NCBI GenBank assembly: GCA_041664245.1
Contig: JBAYLC010000002.1
Coordinates: 11,593-75,592, forward strand
Length of the DNA: 64,000 nt
Reading direction: 5' to 3'
Source: Minisyncoccota bacterium
GTDB taxonomy: Bacteria > Patescibacteriota > Minisyncoccia > UBA6257 > 2-01-FULL-56-20
Below, one piece after another: positions 63,472 through 64,000 of the stretch. The notes under the pieces were generated by a model, which saw only the letters and a list, made by a program, of their open reading frames with translations, searched no databases and was not told the DNA's origin. Every line of letters begins with the position of its first letter. The first letter of the stretch is position 1. Position numbers and translations under genes: made by a program.

Positions 63472-64000
63472 ATGAAAGTTTTTTTAAAAAATTTTAAGAA
63501 ATTATGGAAGAGATTTACCCGCCAAAATTTTTCAAACAAAAATTTAGGCGGGTTTACGTTAATTGAAATTTTGATAGCGGTTGGGGTTATTGCAGTTCTA
63601 ACAACAATTGTGATTTTAACTCTGAATCCTTCGGAGATTAGAAAAAAAGGCCGGGACGCTCAACGGCTTAGCGAAGCTCAGTTGATTAATGTTGGCGTGT
63701 CCTTGTTTTCGGTTTTAAAAACTAACGCTAGTTTGGGTGATCCAACTAAAATTTACCTCTCATTGCCGGATAATAATCCGGATTGTTCAAGCTATGCCTT
63801 TCCCTCTTCGACATTGCCTCAGGGTTGGTCGTTTGCTTGTGTGCCGTTAAATAATTTAAGAAGAACTGATGGTACCGGCTGGATTCCAGTTGATTTTAAT
63901 TCACTTGTTTCACCGCCATTTTCTAATTTACCGATTGATCCGTCTAACGATGCTACGCAAGGTTTGTATTATAGCTATGTTTATAATGCGCAGAAATCGC
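63472..64000 (+). CDS. type IV pilin-like paralog, truncated by the window end
   Basis: GGFTLIEILIAVGVIAVL; shares IYLSLPDNNP.CSSY...GW.(Y/F)ACV...GTGW.PVDF...LPIDP.NDA.QGLYYSY with the upstream paralog. Confidence 0.7.
   Translation, partial: MKVFLKNFKKLWKRFTRQNFSNKNLGGFTLIEILIAVGVIAVLTTIVILTLNPSEIRKKGRDAQRLSEAQLINVGVSLFSVLKTNASLGDPTKIYLSLPDNNPDCSSYAFPSSTLPQGWSFACVPLNNLRRTDGTGWIPVDFNSLVSPPFSNLPIDPSNDATQGLYYSYVYNAQKS

Noticed and set aside
1-64000. CRISPR arrays, transposases, integrases, prophage structural genes
   Set aside because: No short direct-repeat and spacer arrays and no DDE/tyrosine-recombinase motifs were seen. The repeats found are intragenic domain repeats in adhesin genes

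Overview
This 64 kb window looks like a chromosomal segment of an AT-rich, small-genome bacterium, probably a Candidate Phyla Radiation / Patescibacteria organism. The main reasons are extended -10 'TGnTATAAT' promoters placed 6-12 nt from start codons (many apparently leaderless mRNAs), a split transketolase, tandem type IV pilin paralogs, and very large modular secreted proteins. Gene density is high and both strands are used. Housekeeping content includes MetRS, LeuS, bL25, GAPDH, a non-oxidative pentose-phosphate cluster (rpiB-rpe-split tkt), a PfkB-family kinase, a class II (B12-dependent) ribonucleotide reductase, a glutamate dehydrogenase, a Mg2+-importing P-type ATPase (mgtA), HtrA, RluD, TatD, an M16 peptidase and 5 tRNAs in a divergent cluster. 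Accessory-looking content includes a MazG-like NTP pyrophosphohydrolase tightly coupled to a PD-(D/E)xK nuclease/DUF2075 (Schlafen-like) NTPase, a solo Cas4/RecB-like nuclease next to a SWIB protein, a DUF397 protein behind a leader-peptide/terminator arrangement, and an AbiEii-like nucleotidyltransferase with a small upstream ORF. It also includes a DUF4430 protein plus a putative ECF S-component (possible B12 scavenging), a cluster of four surface proteins built from SH3b, PKD, Ig-like and dockerin-like modules, and a G9 homopolymer inside the promoter of one of them. I found no CRISPR array, transposase or integrase. The most unusual single gene is leuS, which carries a ~135-aa NUDIX-like domain inserted after the CP1 editing domain. 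A ~900-bp non-coding stretch (20.2-21.1 kb) carries two promoter-to-terminator units with no credible ORF and is a candidate ncRNA locus that I could not classify. All annotations are by eye from motifs; none is verified by search.
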